A stretch of 64,000 bases of DNA from Eledone cirrhosa (GCA_964016885.1 OZ024740.1:64294001-64358000); one strand, 5' to 3'; shown: positions 37,233 to 52,775, counted from the stretch's first letter. The notes: generated by a model from the letters alone, not told the origin. Program-made: numbers and translations.

Positions 37233-38718
37233 AATTTTAGTACAGCATCAACGAAGCTTTTGGCGGCGGCCAAGCTAACGAATGCTTGGGGTCAGGGGTT
37301 GTTAGTGAGGTTAGTTGCGGAGTGGTGGGATGGAGGTGTGGGGGTGAGAGATGTGGGGTGAGGGTTAGTGGCGGTAGTAGGTTGCGTGTTTAGTGTGAGC
37401 GCGTGTATATATGTGCCGGTGGGTGTGTGCGTGTGATAAGGAGGGGGGAGGAGGAGAAGAAGGGAGGGATGTTAGTATGTTAGTTGGGGAGGGGTGGTCA
37501 GATGAGGGGTGGAGTGGAGGTGTTAGTATTGTTAGTTGTGGGGTGGGCGGTGAAAAGGAGGGGTGTGTTAGTGGTGTTAGTGGGGGATAAGTGTGGGGGG
37601 AGGGGGGCGGTCGAAGGCTAAAGGAATAAGGGTGGGGAGTTCAGGCCGAGGGGAGTGTGGGTCTGTAAGATGAAGATAGTTCTTTGTTCGACTCTAAGGC
37701 GATTGGCGGGTGTTCCGTGGCACTGGAGTAGGTCACAGACTGTGAGATGGCGTGCGGAATGTCCAGGGCCACCAAAGTGCCGGGCGATGAGGGAACTACC
37801 CCCGAGACGAATATCCCGGAGGTGCTCAGTGAATCGGTCCGCCAGGCGACGTCCCGTCTGTCCGTAGACTAGGTTGGAGGAGGTGCAGCGGAAGGCATGC
37901 CGGACAGAGAGAGAGTGGCCGTTGGGACCCTGGAAGGTGGTGGTGTTGGTGATGTGGGGACAGGTGTTGCAGCGGGGCCTAGAACAGGGAAAGGAACCGG
38001 GGGGGGGGGGGGGCAGAGCGTGGGTTGGGGGTAGGGAGCTGTGAACGAGGAGGGTGTGGAGATTGCGTGCGCGTTTGAAGGAGGGGAGTGGTGGGGTTGG
38101 GAAGATGTGGGAGATGGAGGGGTCGGACTGGAGGCGTCGGAAGAGGCGGCGGATGGTGCGGTGGAGGGGTAAGGTGGAGAGGTGGTAGGTGATGGGGAAG
38201 GGGAGACGGTGGGTGGGTGTGCGGTGGCGTGGGGTGAGGGTGGTGGAGCGGGGGACAGCACGGGCGCGGGTGAGAGCGGTGTGGACGAGAGAGGGGGGGG
38301 TAACCTCTGCGGATGAAATGCTTGACTAGGGAAAGGGCCTGTGACTCAAAGTCAGCATCTCGGCTACAGAGGCGGCGGATCCTGAGAAGTTGGGAGTAGG
38401 GAATGGAGTGTTTAGTGTGGGTGGGGTGGGAAGAGGTGAAGTCGAGGTAAGAGTGGGAGTCGGTGGGTTTGAAGAAGGCGGAGGTGACGAGGGAGTGGTG
38501 GGAGGGGTCGAAGGCGACGGAGATCTCTAAGAAGTGGACGTGGGTGGTGGAGATAGAGGTGGTGGAGTGGAGGGAGGGGTGGAAGGAGCAGAAGAAGGAG
38601 AGAAAGGAGTCGAGCTGTTCTCGGGTGAGGGTCGTGGCTCCGATACAGTCGTCAATGTAACGACCGTACAGTTCGGGCGTGGGGCCGGTGTACTGGGCAA
38701 AGATTTGGGCCTCAACAC
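37232..38718 (-). mobile_element. Second copy of the C-rich PLE: RT C-terminus, partial GIY-YIG and 3' UTR
   Basis: ~38095-38718 is the reverse complement of ~1693-2317; downstream GQTGRRLADRFTEHLRDI. Confidence 0.9.
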
Positions 38719-39038
38719 GATTGCCTGTGTTTTTACCTTTATGAGTTTTTGTTCACGATTGCCTTCCCCCGAGATCACGTTTACAAATTTCAGAAAACTT
38801 ACGAAGTTTAAGGTGCTTCTACGGGATCCCAAGTCTTTTAGTTTACTGTTAATGCGTAAATTATATATTATCTAATTTTTAACCTTCAAGCCCTGACCCC
38901 AACAACTAATATAAAATAACCCCTTAGAATATAGAACCCAACTATACAAGCGGAGCTGCTGATGTATACCACAATTTCAAACTGCTAGCCTTGAGTGATA
39001 CGTTGATGTAAATAATGATTTTACAATCACATGTTATA

Positions 39039-39085
39039 TGCCTTGAAAAGTCCCACCATATGGTCGGACGAAACGGCTGTCGGCA
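39039..39085 (+). ncRNA. Minimal hammerhead, U3-A8 core variant
   Basis: tgcc-TTGAAAA-gtcc..ggac-GAAA-cggctg-TC-ggca, then AATAAA. Confidence 0.75.
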
Positions 39086-39469
39086 ATAAACTTGTTATAA
39101 TGTCATAATAGTTCTTTTGTTCTTTTTCACTAATATATATATATATATGAACTATGCATTTGTGTGCTTTCTTAAAAAAAAAGCATTTTCCCGTTTCTTC
39201 CTCTTCTTACTCTCATTTATTTTCTGATGAAGGCCTAACGTCCAAAACGTTAACACACTTTTCCTACTATATCAAGCATTGAACTAATATATGTCTTCAA
39301 TTTACTGTGTAGTTCCCCTGTGTTGTCTTTCCTTGTTGATTTTCCACACACATATACACATACATGGATATACATATATATGCATATATATATACATTTT
39401 GGCGATGAATGTTGGTAAATAATATTGTTGTTGGGCCTTCGTTGTTTCTGACGAAGATTGCCCCAGTTG

Positions 39470-39750
39470 GTTAAATAAACGGAACTGCCTGCTCGTGAAA
39501 TTAACATGTAATTAGTTATACATTCCACAGACACGTGCACCCATAACGTAGTTCTTAGAGAGATGCAGCATGACATAATGTGTGACAATGCTGGCCCCTT
39601 GAAATACAGGTATAATTCATCTCGTTAGCTGAATGAGCTAGTGAAATAAAGTGTCTTGCTCAATTCTACCATGCACCGATTTGTCTGGTAATCAAACTCA
39701 CAATCTTGCGATCATGATCCGAACACCCCTAACAACTTAGCCACACGTGA
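39470..39750 (-). mobile_element. Second tRNA-derived SINE family; related pieces at ~49270-49530 and 56195-56342
   Basis: Shared gtgaaataaagtgtcttgctcaa core and reverse-complement tRNA-like head. Confidence 0.7.
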
Positions 39751-41912
39751 CAAAGACTATAGAATGCCGGTATATAAAAAACAATGTTTTGAGAAGTTCT
39801 TTATCGAGCTAGAATCTACGTCATAAATGCAGTGAACCGGCAAGTGGTTGTTGGGAAATTTAACCAATGATGCTATTATTCAAAAAGTATATTATAAAAC
39901 ACAAATAAAGATAAGAAATAAATTTACAAACATGATGATAGATTATTCCCTCCACTCCCATCAGTTATGTTTGCATTCAGCTGGTCGGCCCAGCAATTTG
40001 TCTTTCAGTTTACCACTTTGAGCGCATTTTTGTACTGCATAACCATAAATGTGTCTGTAAGCTGTAATTATATCTAGGTTACGTCTTCCAAACTGACCAT
40101 AAATTTTCTCAAATTATTCAACAAATTTAATCATGACTTCTATTTAAATTACTGACGATTCCCTCTCGTTTTTAAATATAGTATACAATCAAAACTATTG
40201 AGAAATACCACAAAACACAGCATATAAAGACATGAAAACACAGAAAACAATAGTAAAAATGACAAACGAAGAAATAAGCGTCAGATATTCTGAAAATCTT
40301 TATATTTTATTGTGTTTAAGAAATAATCAAAAATTTTAAACAGATGTAAAATAATTATAACTTTATAATTACGCAACCTGAATTATTTTAATTATATTTT
40401 ATAATTGCGATAAAACTTTTAATGTTCCAAATAATTATAAATTTTGATTAAAGATCACAAATACACATTATTCACTCTATCTCTGGAACCCAATAACAAG
40501 CAATTCAAGAACCCAAGAATCAGCAATTCATATATTATTAATAGCATCACAACCTGACTAAGTTGATATTTCTCAAAACCCTTGCAGAAATTCACGGTAA
40601 ATACGTACCACTGTGTTAAATTGGTTTCTCAACACTGAATCAATAGCCACGATTCGCTTGAAACTACACCCGGAATAATCTAGAATCGGACTCTTTTAAT
40701 TTCCGAGCTAGATACAGCCGATATATCTACAAAAAATGTTTATTCCATTATATATTTAGGATGTTGATACCACTTTATATAATGAATTACACACACACTT
40801 ATCTATGTTTTGTGTTAGCAGGTGTAGGTTAAAATCGGTAAAAATTCATATTGACTGAACAAGTAAATCAGATAAATACCTTTAAACATTCCAAACTGTC
40901 TTACAGCCATAACGAAGCCGGCAACACAGAAACTAGTTTTCTTTTTCAGGGTGAGTAAATATTTCATCTCTGATCATCGGCTAACTCAATACAAATCACA
41001 GAAACATCTAGTACCACATCAGAATGATGGGCGTCCAACCTAAACCAACCTCTGATTATATTTTCACTTTTCACTTTGCCTATTCTATTCTATCATTGGA
41101 ATTAGCTAGTTTCATACGATTTCCACTGCCTCTTCTCCTCTTCTCATGCTACAACAAAATAATTTACTCGATATTTCTCCCACAGAATATTAAGTCAACC
41201 GAATTCCAATTAAGATTATTTTCTTGACGTCTAAACAAAACAAAAGCTATAAGATACAACCAGGTTTTGGAGAGAAATTAATTATAACTAAATCCTCTAT
41301 AAACTTTGTTATATCTTCATATATTCACAAAAAGATGGATCAGACTGAAAATATATGTAAGATAGTAAAAACAACAATCGCTAGCTATAAGTGATGATAT
41401 AAAAAAAAGAGAACTCGTTAATCAAAGGGAAATAGAACCGATGGATTGAATAGTTAAGCATTTAACTCGTCCATTAAGGATCTCATATCTCAAATTCGGC
41501 CATTGAAACTCCACAACCACATAAGGAGCAGGAAAATTATACACATAATACACATGTAAATTGTCAAACTGAAATGTTGACAAATGACATAGTTTACTCT
41601 ACCGAATGTGTGAAATATAACGAACTTTGTATAGATTTTACCAATATTTCGTGATGTATACAAATTAGAAAAGGCGCGTTTATGATATCGTTGTTTAATA
41701 ATTATTGACTAATTACAGAAATTACAGTTTCAATCTCAACATTCATGAATAGAAACATCAATAATTCCCTCTGAGTTTCTCGACTATAAATATATATGTA
41801 CAGACATGGTTGTATAGATAAAAAGTTCACTTTGCATATACATTTTCGATATATTTAATGAAACTATTATTTTATGTGTGAAAATTGTCAGGTAGAAATT
41901 GTGCGGAAGCCA

Positions 41913-42220
<308 letters not shown>

Positions 42221-42999
42221 ATATATGTATATATATATATGTAGATATGTGTATGTCGTACACTAGTGAAAACATGGGCAAAGATGGGAGATCTTCAAAA
42301 GAATTCCTTTCTGAGTCTTTATTGACGAGTTGCAAATGCTCCTTTATCACTCTCACTGTCAGAAATGTTGTGAAACAGTGAGTAACACATTGCAATAGGA
42401 AGTAAATATCTACTAATATATAATAGCCTTGTGTATTTGTCTGTCACACACTAGAGATGACTGAGGAAGGCGGGTGGATTATGTCGACTGAGAAAGGAAC
42501 GGGTGTCTAATACACACATCTATGTGACTGAGGAAGGATGAGGATCTATAGAAGTCCAGCGTTCTAAGATTGTCACAGCTGTGTGTTTGTATGTTTGTAT
42601 CACTTGTGTGAGTGAACACGAAGGAGCCAACCAGCCAACAAACAAACATCTCTTTTTTATAATTAACCGTCATATATATATATGCCTCTTTTAGAATGTC
42701 GCATTAGCGTTTATAGTGTTTGTAGCTTAATCCTGAGTCAAATTTCCTTTTCATAACTGAGGATTGTTAAAGGCGAACTATCAAATGAAATTGTTTTCCT
42801 TTCAATTTACATTATTAAGTTGCTTTATATTAGCATCTAGACAGTACGTATTTGGTGCATAACATTTTTTCTTCTTTGTAAGACATAAACAATTATTTCA
42901 ATTTTACAGGATGCAAAGTGTATATAGTCGTGAAAACAACAAACATAAAAAGAAGAGAAGTAATATAAAATATCATTGTCATATGAACTAAAATAGGTG

Positions 43000-43750
43000 T
43001 AGGGTGACTTCCGGCGTTTTTGGCCCCCGGAGCACATCCCTATTCACTGTTATTGGGGCGGATTTGGCTACCCGCAAGGCGAAGTCTCTTGAGTTGGAGC
43101 GGCTGTTCCATTTTCTCACTGGGATTGAGAATTGTTATTATCGGCTTCCCGATCTAACACACTCAAAGATCGGATTGCGGTTTTAGATACAGTAAAAGGA
43201 AAGGAAGAGATTTTAAGTGTTCCGATTGCAAGAGATGGAAGCGGACAATAAATCGCTGAAATCGTTTTGAAGGAAATTCAAAAACTCAAAATTGAGGATA
43301 GAATAATTGGTATGTCCGCCTACACAACCACCAGTAACACTGGTATGTTTCCATCAAATTCTTGAACTGGTTAAGAGGAAAATCTTCGATATATTTTCCC
43401 ATCATCTGGTCTCGGTATCCCAATGTTTAAAACGTTTCAGAAACGTTGTGACAAATTAGTCTCATTATCAAATTTTCTTGGATGATGATAGGCCCATAGA
43501 AAAATTTTACAAGCGAAAGTGGGAGGAGATATTTGAATATCTACTGACTGTACTGCTATCTAGAGATCATCCTTGAGAAGACTATGTCGAGTTCATAAAG
43601 CTCTCCTTTCTCTATCTTAGTGGTTGGCCATCTCCCCAGTTCTCTTTCCTCGTCTCAGGAGCTTACCACCAGGCTCGTTGGATGGCTAAGGCCATATATG
43701 TGATAAAGATTGTTCTGTTTAAAGAAGAACTTAAGCTTACACCATGTAAG
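43000..43750 (+). mobile_element. Degenerate hAT-related (hATm-like) DNA transposon
   Basis: Starts TAGGGTG; translates IIGMSAYTTTSNTG, EDYVEFIKL, GAYHQARWMAKAIYVIKIVLF; subfamily assignment from memory of these motifs. Confidence 0.65.
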
Positions 43751-45133
43751 TCAAGTCATTTCCGGTTATAAATTTCATTCATAAAAAAAGCGTTAGTCTC
43801 TTTAACCCCACTATTACAGTATATTTAGAACATATTCCTTCTGTTTATTTTCATTTCATTTAGTTCTGTCATGTGGTTTCCTAATTGGATTCAGTAAAGT
43901 TAACAGAATGGAAAATATACAAGTCAGATAAAAAATCGTCATAAATAAAAAAAGATGTGAAAGTATGCAACCTCTAAATATTATTTGACCTATAATTCGG
44001 CATACTTCGTTATTTAATCAACTCAAACACGGGTGTAATTGACATGAGTTGATTGGCGAATAGTTAGCAAAGTGAAACACCATAACGTACAGAGGTAAAA
44101 GGCATGATTATATATACACCAACTCGTTTACATTCACATGTATATAGATTATTATGTGTTAAAATAACCATAATTACAGTTGATCCAGGAATATTGATTC
44201 AGTCAGATTTCTTGTAGCCAAACATTTCAGAATATGGTTCTATATAAAAAAAAATGCAGATTCCCCCCTGAAGAAGAAAAAGTAATGTCCAAAATTTAGT
44301 ATCTCATCGCAAGTCTATGTAACTATACCTAATTTAGTTAAAACTCAGTAAGAGATAAATTCACAGCTACATGTTCGTTGCCCCAGGCACTATTTCATTG
44401 TATAGACTTTCGTATGTGAAGAATAAAAAGAAAAATCACACATGCTTAATTGAATTATCTGCAAGACATAAATTCTTTAAAAAATACTCTATGAAAAGAA
44501 TTCAACCATTTTGAATTATAAACGAGTTAAATTCAGTAAAATTTGAATACTTAACTAAGAGAGAAAAACATTACATATAAGTTGCCTCTTTAATAACCAA
44601 AATGATATAAAAGCGAGTGAATATTTTTGAAATCAATAATCAAATTCATACATACTTATATATGTTTTGAAGATGCAGAAACTGCTTTACAATTATATTG
44701 ATTTATTGCTGCAACTATTGCAAATATATGTTCATCAAAAGTTTGCATAATCTTCCAACAAAAATAAGTAGCTTATAAAAAAACTGTTAATACTATAATA
44801 GTATCTAACCAGAAACTCGTGAAATTTTATGAGAAAAATACACCTATGAAATTTTATAAAAAATAATAGAGACATTCAAATATAATTAAATCAGTGCATT
44901 AAAATATACTTCTAACGCATATGTATCGCAAGGAAAAAGAATCAACAAATAAGCGAAGAAAACTAAAGCCAAGAAAAAACAACTATTTTTTCAATTATTA
45001 CCTGAATCATTTTAAATTCCTTTAATCGTGAAGCTTCCAGTTATTATACAATGAAATAGGCTCCACATTGTTTTATTATACTTAAATATATAAAACACAA
45101 ATTGTTGTATGGCAATTACTGACAATGTGTATG

Positions 45134-45248
<115 letters not shown>

Positions 45249-46347
45249 AAGTTTCCGTGGAAAAAGTAAAAGGAATGAAGAGTGCTCTAAATATTTAATA
45301 TATAATAAACAACACATTATAATTACCTCATTACTCGAGGTTTCCCGAACAGGACGAACACAAGAGACGTCCGTATTTGTTCGTCAGATGAAGCAATATA
45401 ACAGTCAGATATAACATCAAGAAAGCAATATAACATCAAGAAAGGCTAAAATGTTTAACGGACAAAAAGAGAATATTAAAATTATTCTTGTCGAGTTAAA
45501 AGTGAATGCCCATTACAAGCCATTGTATATGACCAGCAAGAACCAATCAACCACCAGTGAACGATATGTGGGTATGACGCAAGACAAATTCAAAACGCAT
45601 TATTATTCACATGTCGCATCTTTCCGACATCCTGAAAAAAGATTCAGAACAGCTCTGGCTAGCAGAATATGGGATTTGAAGGACCAAGGTATCCAGTATA
45701 AATTGGATTGGTCAAGTTTGAACCAATCTAAAGAATACGCAAGATGAACAAGAAGATGCACCCTCTCCATAAGTGAAAAATATTGATTTTTTCAGAACCT
45801 TAAATCACCAAAAACCTGCCCAAATGCTAAATCAGAAATTTTCACCGGTTGCCCACGCATGAAATCACATTTGCTTTTCAGCTCATACAAACTTAACTCA
45901 CTTTCAGACACTTATCCTCCATAAACTCTTGTTCTTCACTTTCCTTAACTTACCTTCTTTATAGACCTCTGAATCAGTTTTACAAATCATTTACTTTTAC
46001 TTTACATCCACTAGTTGAGCCCCCCCCATTCATTAACGATATATTTTAACAATTATATAATAATTATATTTATTTTACTTCCCCTTTTACTTTAACTTTC
46101 AGACATTACATGTCACTTGTGTTTTTAACTCCAGATATTTTCGTTGTCCCTCAGTCGTATTAATGTATGTAAACTTGTGTATATTTTGTACCCAATTATT
46201 CATATGATTGTTGATTTATATATGTATGTATGCGTATGTGTGTATATGTACGTGCATGTGTATGTATATATATATACGAACGCATTTGTATGTGTGCGTG
46301 TATGTGTGTATATATATGTGTGTGTGCGTTTATGTATATGTGTTTTC

Positions 46348-46379
<32 letters not shown>

Positions 46380-46402
46380 GGTCGCGTGTGTACGTGTGAA
46401 TA

Positions 46403-46437
<35 letters not shown>

Positions 46438-46454
46438 GGTCGCGTGTGTACGTG

Positions 46455-46501
<47 letters not shown>

Positions 46502-46505
<4 letters not shown>

Positions 46506-47110
46506 CAGCGAGAATCGTATTTCGGCTGGTAGAAAAAGCGAAACGAAACGCAAAATCGTAGAAATGCTGGCAAGCGCTCAATAGTTAAAAAACTAGAGCT
46601 AAACAATAAGTTAAAACACCATACAAACTAAAAAAATGGTTAAAAAGGCATTAACCACATAAGCCAAAAAGCAAATCAAGCTAAATAGGTCAAACAAAAT
46701 AAATGATAAAAACCGACCTGGACCCAAATGGAATTGGTGGTAAAATCCAAATGTAGGGTTTCTATGACACCTAAATCAATAATTGTTTCTACTTTTGGCA
46801 CAAGGCCAGCAATTATCCCAGTGCATTACTGGTACTTTATTTTATCGACCCCGTAAGGATGAAAGGCAAAGTTAACCTCGCGGGATTTGAACTCAGAATG
46901 GCAAAGGCCGTAACTCTATGCGTCAAAGCATGGCATCCAACCCTCTACCGATACTGCCAAGACACCTAAATCAATAATACTGTCTGCTTAAAACTATAAG
47001 CTTTCAGCATAAAGATCGAACAAGGAATATCACGTTATCAACAGGTAATTTTGCTCTGTAACCAATTTTGCGAGTGACGCAGAAGTTAGTAAACGCACAT
47101 GCGTAAGTCA
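46502..47110. repeat. (TA)n-flanked unclassified repeat; homologue at 63188-63897 with a partial tandem repeat
   Basis: Shared agcgagaatcg..gcgaaacgaaacgcaaaa start and collinear body. Confidence 0.75.
46784..46960 (-). mobile_element. SINE insertion with an 18-bp target-site duplication
   Basis: gacacctaaatcaataat at 46766-46783 and 46961-46978; empty site near 63454. Confidence 0.85.
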
Positions 47111-47117
47111 TAAGGGG

Positions 47118-47166
<49 letters not shown>

Positions 47167-47225
47167 TACGTACACACGCGACCATATATATATATGTATA
47201 TATATATATATGAAAACACATATAC

Positions 47226-47257
<32 letters not shown>

Positions 47258-47282
47258 GTGTGTATGTGTATTTGTGTGTATT

Positions 47283-47326
<44 letters not shown>

Positions 47327-47486
47327 AATACACACATACATACATATATATATATATATATATGTATGTGTGTAAGGTGTTTGTGTGTATGCATGTTTTT
47401 TTACTTATTATTTTTTTCTAGTATTGCTTTCTTTATTACCCCCTCACTTACTTTCTCATTGCCTTAATTTTTATTATTTTTTATTT

Positions 47487-47582
47487 TTAATTTTTTTAAT
47501 TTTTAATTTTTAATTTTTAATTTTTAATTTTTAATTTTTAATTTTTAATTTTTAATTTTTAATTTTTAATTTTTAATTTTTT
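47487..47582. repeat. (TTTTAA)n-type microsatellite
   Basis: Direct inspection. Confidence 0.9.
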
Positions 47583-48100
47583 TCTTATATATTTTTTCAT
47601 TTATTCATCATATTTTATATTTATATCGACCTTCCGTCTGCGTATGACTTCATACACTCCCTTCCCTATGTATATTATATACATGCATATGGTTGCGTGT
47701 ATATATGTTTGTGTGCGTGCGTCCTTTTACGTTTGTATGTGTATATATATCATCCCTTAATCTTTGCGTCTGCATGTACGCAAACTTCATTATTTAACTA
47801 TTTTTACTTTTAACATATACAGTATATATGTGTGTATTTGTGGTCACGCATACACCATTATATTTGCCCTCATGTATGTACTTACGCATACATATTTTCA
47901 CTATACAGATGCAGTTGTACATATACATACATGTACATATGTACATATGTATGTACATATACACACATCATCTCACTATATTTCTTTATTTTTATTTTTA
48001 TATATTTTTTGTCTTATTACTTTTATTTATATTTTTTGTCCGTTAAACATTTTAGCCTTTCTTGATAAACTATTTTCAAATATCTCACTATGTTATATTG

Positions 48101-48168
48101 CTTCATCTGACGAACGAATGCGGACGTCTCTTGTGTTCGTCCTGTTCGGGAAACCTCGGGTAATGAGG
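48101..48168 (+). ncRNA. Type-I hammerhead ribozyme
   Basis: cttcat-CTGACGA-..-GAAA-cctcggg-TA-atgagg. Confidence 0.75.
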
Positions 48169-48196
48169 TAATTATACTGTGTTGTTTATTATACAT

Positions 48197-48279
<83 letters not shown>

Positions 48280-48290
48280 ATATATATTTA

Positions 48291-48380
<90 letters not shown>

Positions 48381-48382
48381 AC

Positions 48383-48419
<37 letters not shown>

Positions 48420-49131
48420 TATATCTTTATGGACAGAAAGAAAGAGGAAGTTATATTTCTGTGTTTACATCACCACAGTAACTCCTTGTAAACAAAGACA
48501 TAGATAATTTAGACAGACCAATTTCCATATATACTGCATTCTTTGCATCAGGGGTTCGATAAATGAATTGCCGGTCAGGTAATAGATTTTCCTTTCAATA
48601 GTATACTCTACTACACAGTAAAAATTTAAATACCTTGTCAAATGTGTGGTTATTTAAAATAGGAAAATATTGAACCTAATAACGAATGGTCTAAGTATGA
48701 TTCCCTATTCACACCGTGTGGTACACTGTTCATACGTAGTAGAATTTTATAGACGGAAACCATGTAGAAGTTCTTAGGATGTACACACACACACATATAC
48801 CCCCCCCCCCACCACACACACACGCATACACACACTCACACACACACACCCAGACACACACAGACAGACACACATCACATAACCATGTACAAAATGTACT
48901 TAATCAAATTAACTTGTCTATTTTGTGTATGGTCACCAATTCTCTCATACCTAATTTGAGTTGATCGTGAAGTGCTATCGTGCAGGCCTTTATATTTTGA
49001 TAAAGATGAAACGTTCGCATAAGCGATAAAACTTTGATAATATATAGAATAAGTCAGCTTATACACACACACATACTTATAGATATATACACGAATACTT
49101 ACAGACACACACACATATATATATATATATG

Positions 49132-49202
<71 letters not shown>

Positions 49203-51100
49203 TAACATACTTATTTTCCAGCTTGATCAGTGTCATTGGCCTTCAGTTGTATTATAAATTGGAAGGAAACTGACCTCTATCATTCCAACGAGGAGTGTTC
49301 CAGTTGTTTAAACAATACAACAGCCTGCTAGTGACTGAACATTCCGTAGGGAATACGTGTACACCTAAGGTATTTATCAGCGAGATTTGGGGTGACAGAG
49401 TATGTGATAATACTGGCCCTTTGAATTTCACATATATTTCATCAGACGGGCTTTCAAACAGTTTCCGTCTACTCAATTGCGCTTTTTCACATACATGTTA
49501 CGGTTTGACTGAAGGTAATGGTAAATGACATTTACCACGCAGTCATTGGGATCGACACCTAAGAAAATACCATTGCGACGCAACTTCTTAGCCATTACAT
49601 TATGCTGCATCCATTGTTTGTATGATAAGTGACAGTAGAATCTATAAAATAACAATATTTATGTAGTTATGCTGCATCAATAATATTTTATCAAGCAAAT
49701 CTTTCCTGTTTTTCACGTATCCGAGGAAGATAAAATATGACATTTTACCAATTTCTCATCTATGATTAGTGATAGAGAATTGCTTGGAATTACATCTTAG
49801 TGGCACTGTAGAGCAGTTACAACCTATTGTCTAGATGCTATTGATAAGGCTACAGGCTTTTCTTCCTAATACAGATTTATAAAAACATTATATTGAGTAG
49901 CTGCCAGTGGATACACTGCAATATTTACATAGATTAAAACATTGAAAGATATATTCTTCCTTTAAGCGTAGACCAGGCCTCTGATTATGTATGTATGTAT
50001 GACGTATGTATGTATGTATGTATGTATGTATGTATGTATGTATGTATGTATGTATGTATGTATGTATGTATGTATGTATGTATGTATGTCAGGTCACCAC
50101 TTGGTGCTACTGGTAACATGTATCCCAGTACAACCTGTCTCATAGTCGGGTCGTTGGCGACTAAACTGGCAACCCCACCAAGGTTTCTTGGTGAGGAGGG
50201 TGACTTTGGACATCCTGCAGGACTAAAAACAAAACCTGTCAAAGGGCAAAGGAGCTCTTAAGAGTCAATGGCCATCCAAAATCACTGGGAGAGATGACCG
50301 CTTAGCCTTTGTCAAGGCAGAATTCTAGGAGAAGGAAAACTCTGATATAACACCTGCAACCCTGATGGTATCCAATGATGTTGACTTGTTCTTCTTTTTG
50401 GTAAATATCATCTTGGTTAAGAGAGTGGGACTGGCTTTGTGCAGTGCCTTTGCTCACTATAAAAGCTTCACGGCACAGGCATTGCTTTATATCTGGAGAT
50501 CTCTCTGCACTTGTCGTCACATGGTACCATGGGTCCAGCACTATGTGTCAATAATTGTCACAAGTGTAGTGTTTGTGCCAGAGTTTTCAAGTCGCTGGCT
50601 GGACTAAAAAGTCACACTCGTTCAGCGCATCGGTAGGGGTTGTCCTACATGGATATAAAGTAGTGGCCGTACTCGAAAACGAGTTGGCAGCCACCATGTA
50701 TGTATGTATGTATGTATGTACACATACACACTCTCACACATATTTATATATATATGTATACATATATATATATATAATGGCTGCACACTCTGCTAAGAGT
50801 ACTGCAATCGCTTGTCAAATTATAGAGTTTGGTGCACTTTTAGGCCACGACCAGCCACACAAACATATCCTGAACATATCCTGAACAAGCAATGTCTGTG
50901 ATTTGAAAGTTTTTTAAGTGGGGAAAGGCCTTGCCCTCGACCAACCCCACTCTCTGAGCATCGAAAACACTACGCGAAAAGGAGAACTGGTCAACATCAT
51001 CGGATGCTTCCGAAGCCGCAGGTTTTTTTTTCAGAGTTTCCCTCTTCTAGAAAGGTGTTGTGACAACAACTGGGGGCCTTTCACTCCCAATACACACACA

Positions 51101-51216
<116 letters not shown>

Positions 51217-51224
51217 TACACATA

Positions 51225-51293
<69 letters not shown>

Positions 51294-51319
51294 ATGCGTG
51301 TATATTTGTATAAGTGCAT

Positions 51320-52775
51320 TTAGGGGCGAAGATTAATTTTTCGGAGTTAACCATGACAAATAAAGAGTTCAAATGTATCTCTGAGGAGGTTGAAATTCTG
51401 CCAGTAATGTTAAATACCTTAAATAAAGAAGGTATTCTCTGACTGACTCATGTGTGTCAGTGGTTTGGATCTCTGGAAAAGCAATCGAGTGATAATCGTA
51501 ATTGTCAAAAATAGGGACAAGAGAGATTGCTCTAATTATAGAGGAATCTCCTTGTTACGAATGCCCAGTAAAGTCTATGCAAAGTGTTTGACAATGTAAT
51601 GTAAAGATATTGACAAATGCCAGGTAGCTGAGGAACAGTGTGGTTTTCATCACAGACACAGGACAGCCGACCAAACTGCGACAGATCTTCGAAAAATAGC
51701 AGGAGTATTGTAAAGAGGCTTACGCTTGTTTCGTCGAATTTCAAAAGGCACGCGACGGCATTCCATGGGTATTGTTAGGGAAAATTCTGCAGGATTAAGG
51801 GATCGATGGACAGTTTCTTGCTGCTTTGAAATCTTTATATGAATGATCTAGTATTTGTCTTCAAATAAATAGTACTAAGCTAAGACTATTCAATGTGATA
51901 TGGGATTCTGTCAAGAGTTCATACTCTCACATCTTCACTTCATAATCTTATTGAACAGGATTTATATGCGCAGCTGGGCTGGAAATGGTATGGAAACCGG
52001 TGTTTGTAAAAATAGTCGGCTGGAATTTACAGACATGGTACTACTTAACTGATGTTACATGGCAGGAAGGAAAATCAGTACCACAAAGACTGAGACACTC
52101 AACTTTTTAGGGAAACCTGCACAGTACAGTGTACCCTTCATGTGATTGAAGATCTACAGAAGCAGGTGGGGTTTAGGAATTTGGGGATCGATTTCACTAT
52201 TGGAGGTTAAAATTAAGTGCAAGAATTGCTAGAGCTGATGCGGTAATACGCCAGCTTCAGCACTCAGTTTTCAGAAAAGAGGAGGTAGGTGTAAAAGCCA
52301 AACTCGCTATCATTAATTCGGTGTTCTTGTCAATCCTTACTTATGGGCATGGACCTTGAGTAATGACCGAGAGAATATGATTACGAATACAAGTGGCCGA
52401 AATGGCGTCCCTCCGAAGGTTCTTTGTAGTAACATTAATCAATAAGGTGCATAGCTCAGAGATCAGGGAGTCGTTCCTAGGAGAATGACCTCTCCAAATC
52501 GCGAGATTACAGATCCGATACTACGAACAAATGTGTAGAATGTCTAAGGAAAAAATGGACAGATTTTACACGCAAACCATGTAGCAGAAGACCCAGAGGC
52601 AGACCACGAACAAAATTGCTGCATAACATCTCTCTTGGTTTTCCAGCCGAACCAAATGGGGATTGTTGTTTCTGATAGGACACTCGAGAAGGTGTATCCG
52701 AGAACTCTGGCACCACAACCCTCCTAGGAATAAAGGGGCAAAGTAAACAAAAGCAGGGGCTATATGAAGTAAATT
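51320..52775 (+). mobile_element. Highly degenerate RTE-like LINE RT remnant
   Basis: NYRGISLL, EEQCGF, YACFVEFQKA, ILTYGH, RPRGRPRT; ends at (CATA)n. Confidence 0.7.

Larger units (their letters stand above)
45290..48197 (+). mobile_element. 5'-truncated PLE (GIY-YIG remnant ~45500-45880) with inverted HHR-bearing ends and nested insertions
   Basis: YVGMTQDKFKTHYYSHVASFRH..TALASRIWDLKD; 45290-45400 is the reverse complement of ~48094-48200; HHRs at 45326-45393(-) and 48101-48168(+). Confidence 0.75.

Noticed and set aside
37172-39255. CTGATGA motifs at 37172 and 39225, and CCGAAGA near 58631, as active HHRs
   Set aside because: Truncated or core-mutated; relics at best
40907-40950. TTACAG..GTGAGT-bounded 44-nt exon candidate
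   Set aside because: No recognisable coding content or neighbouring exons
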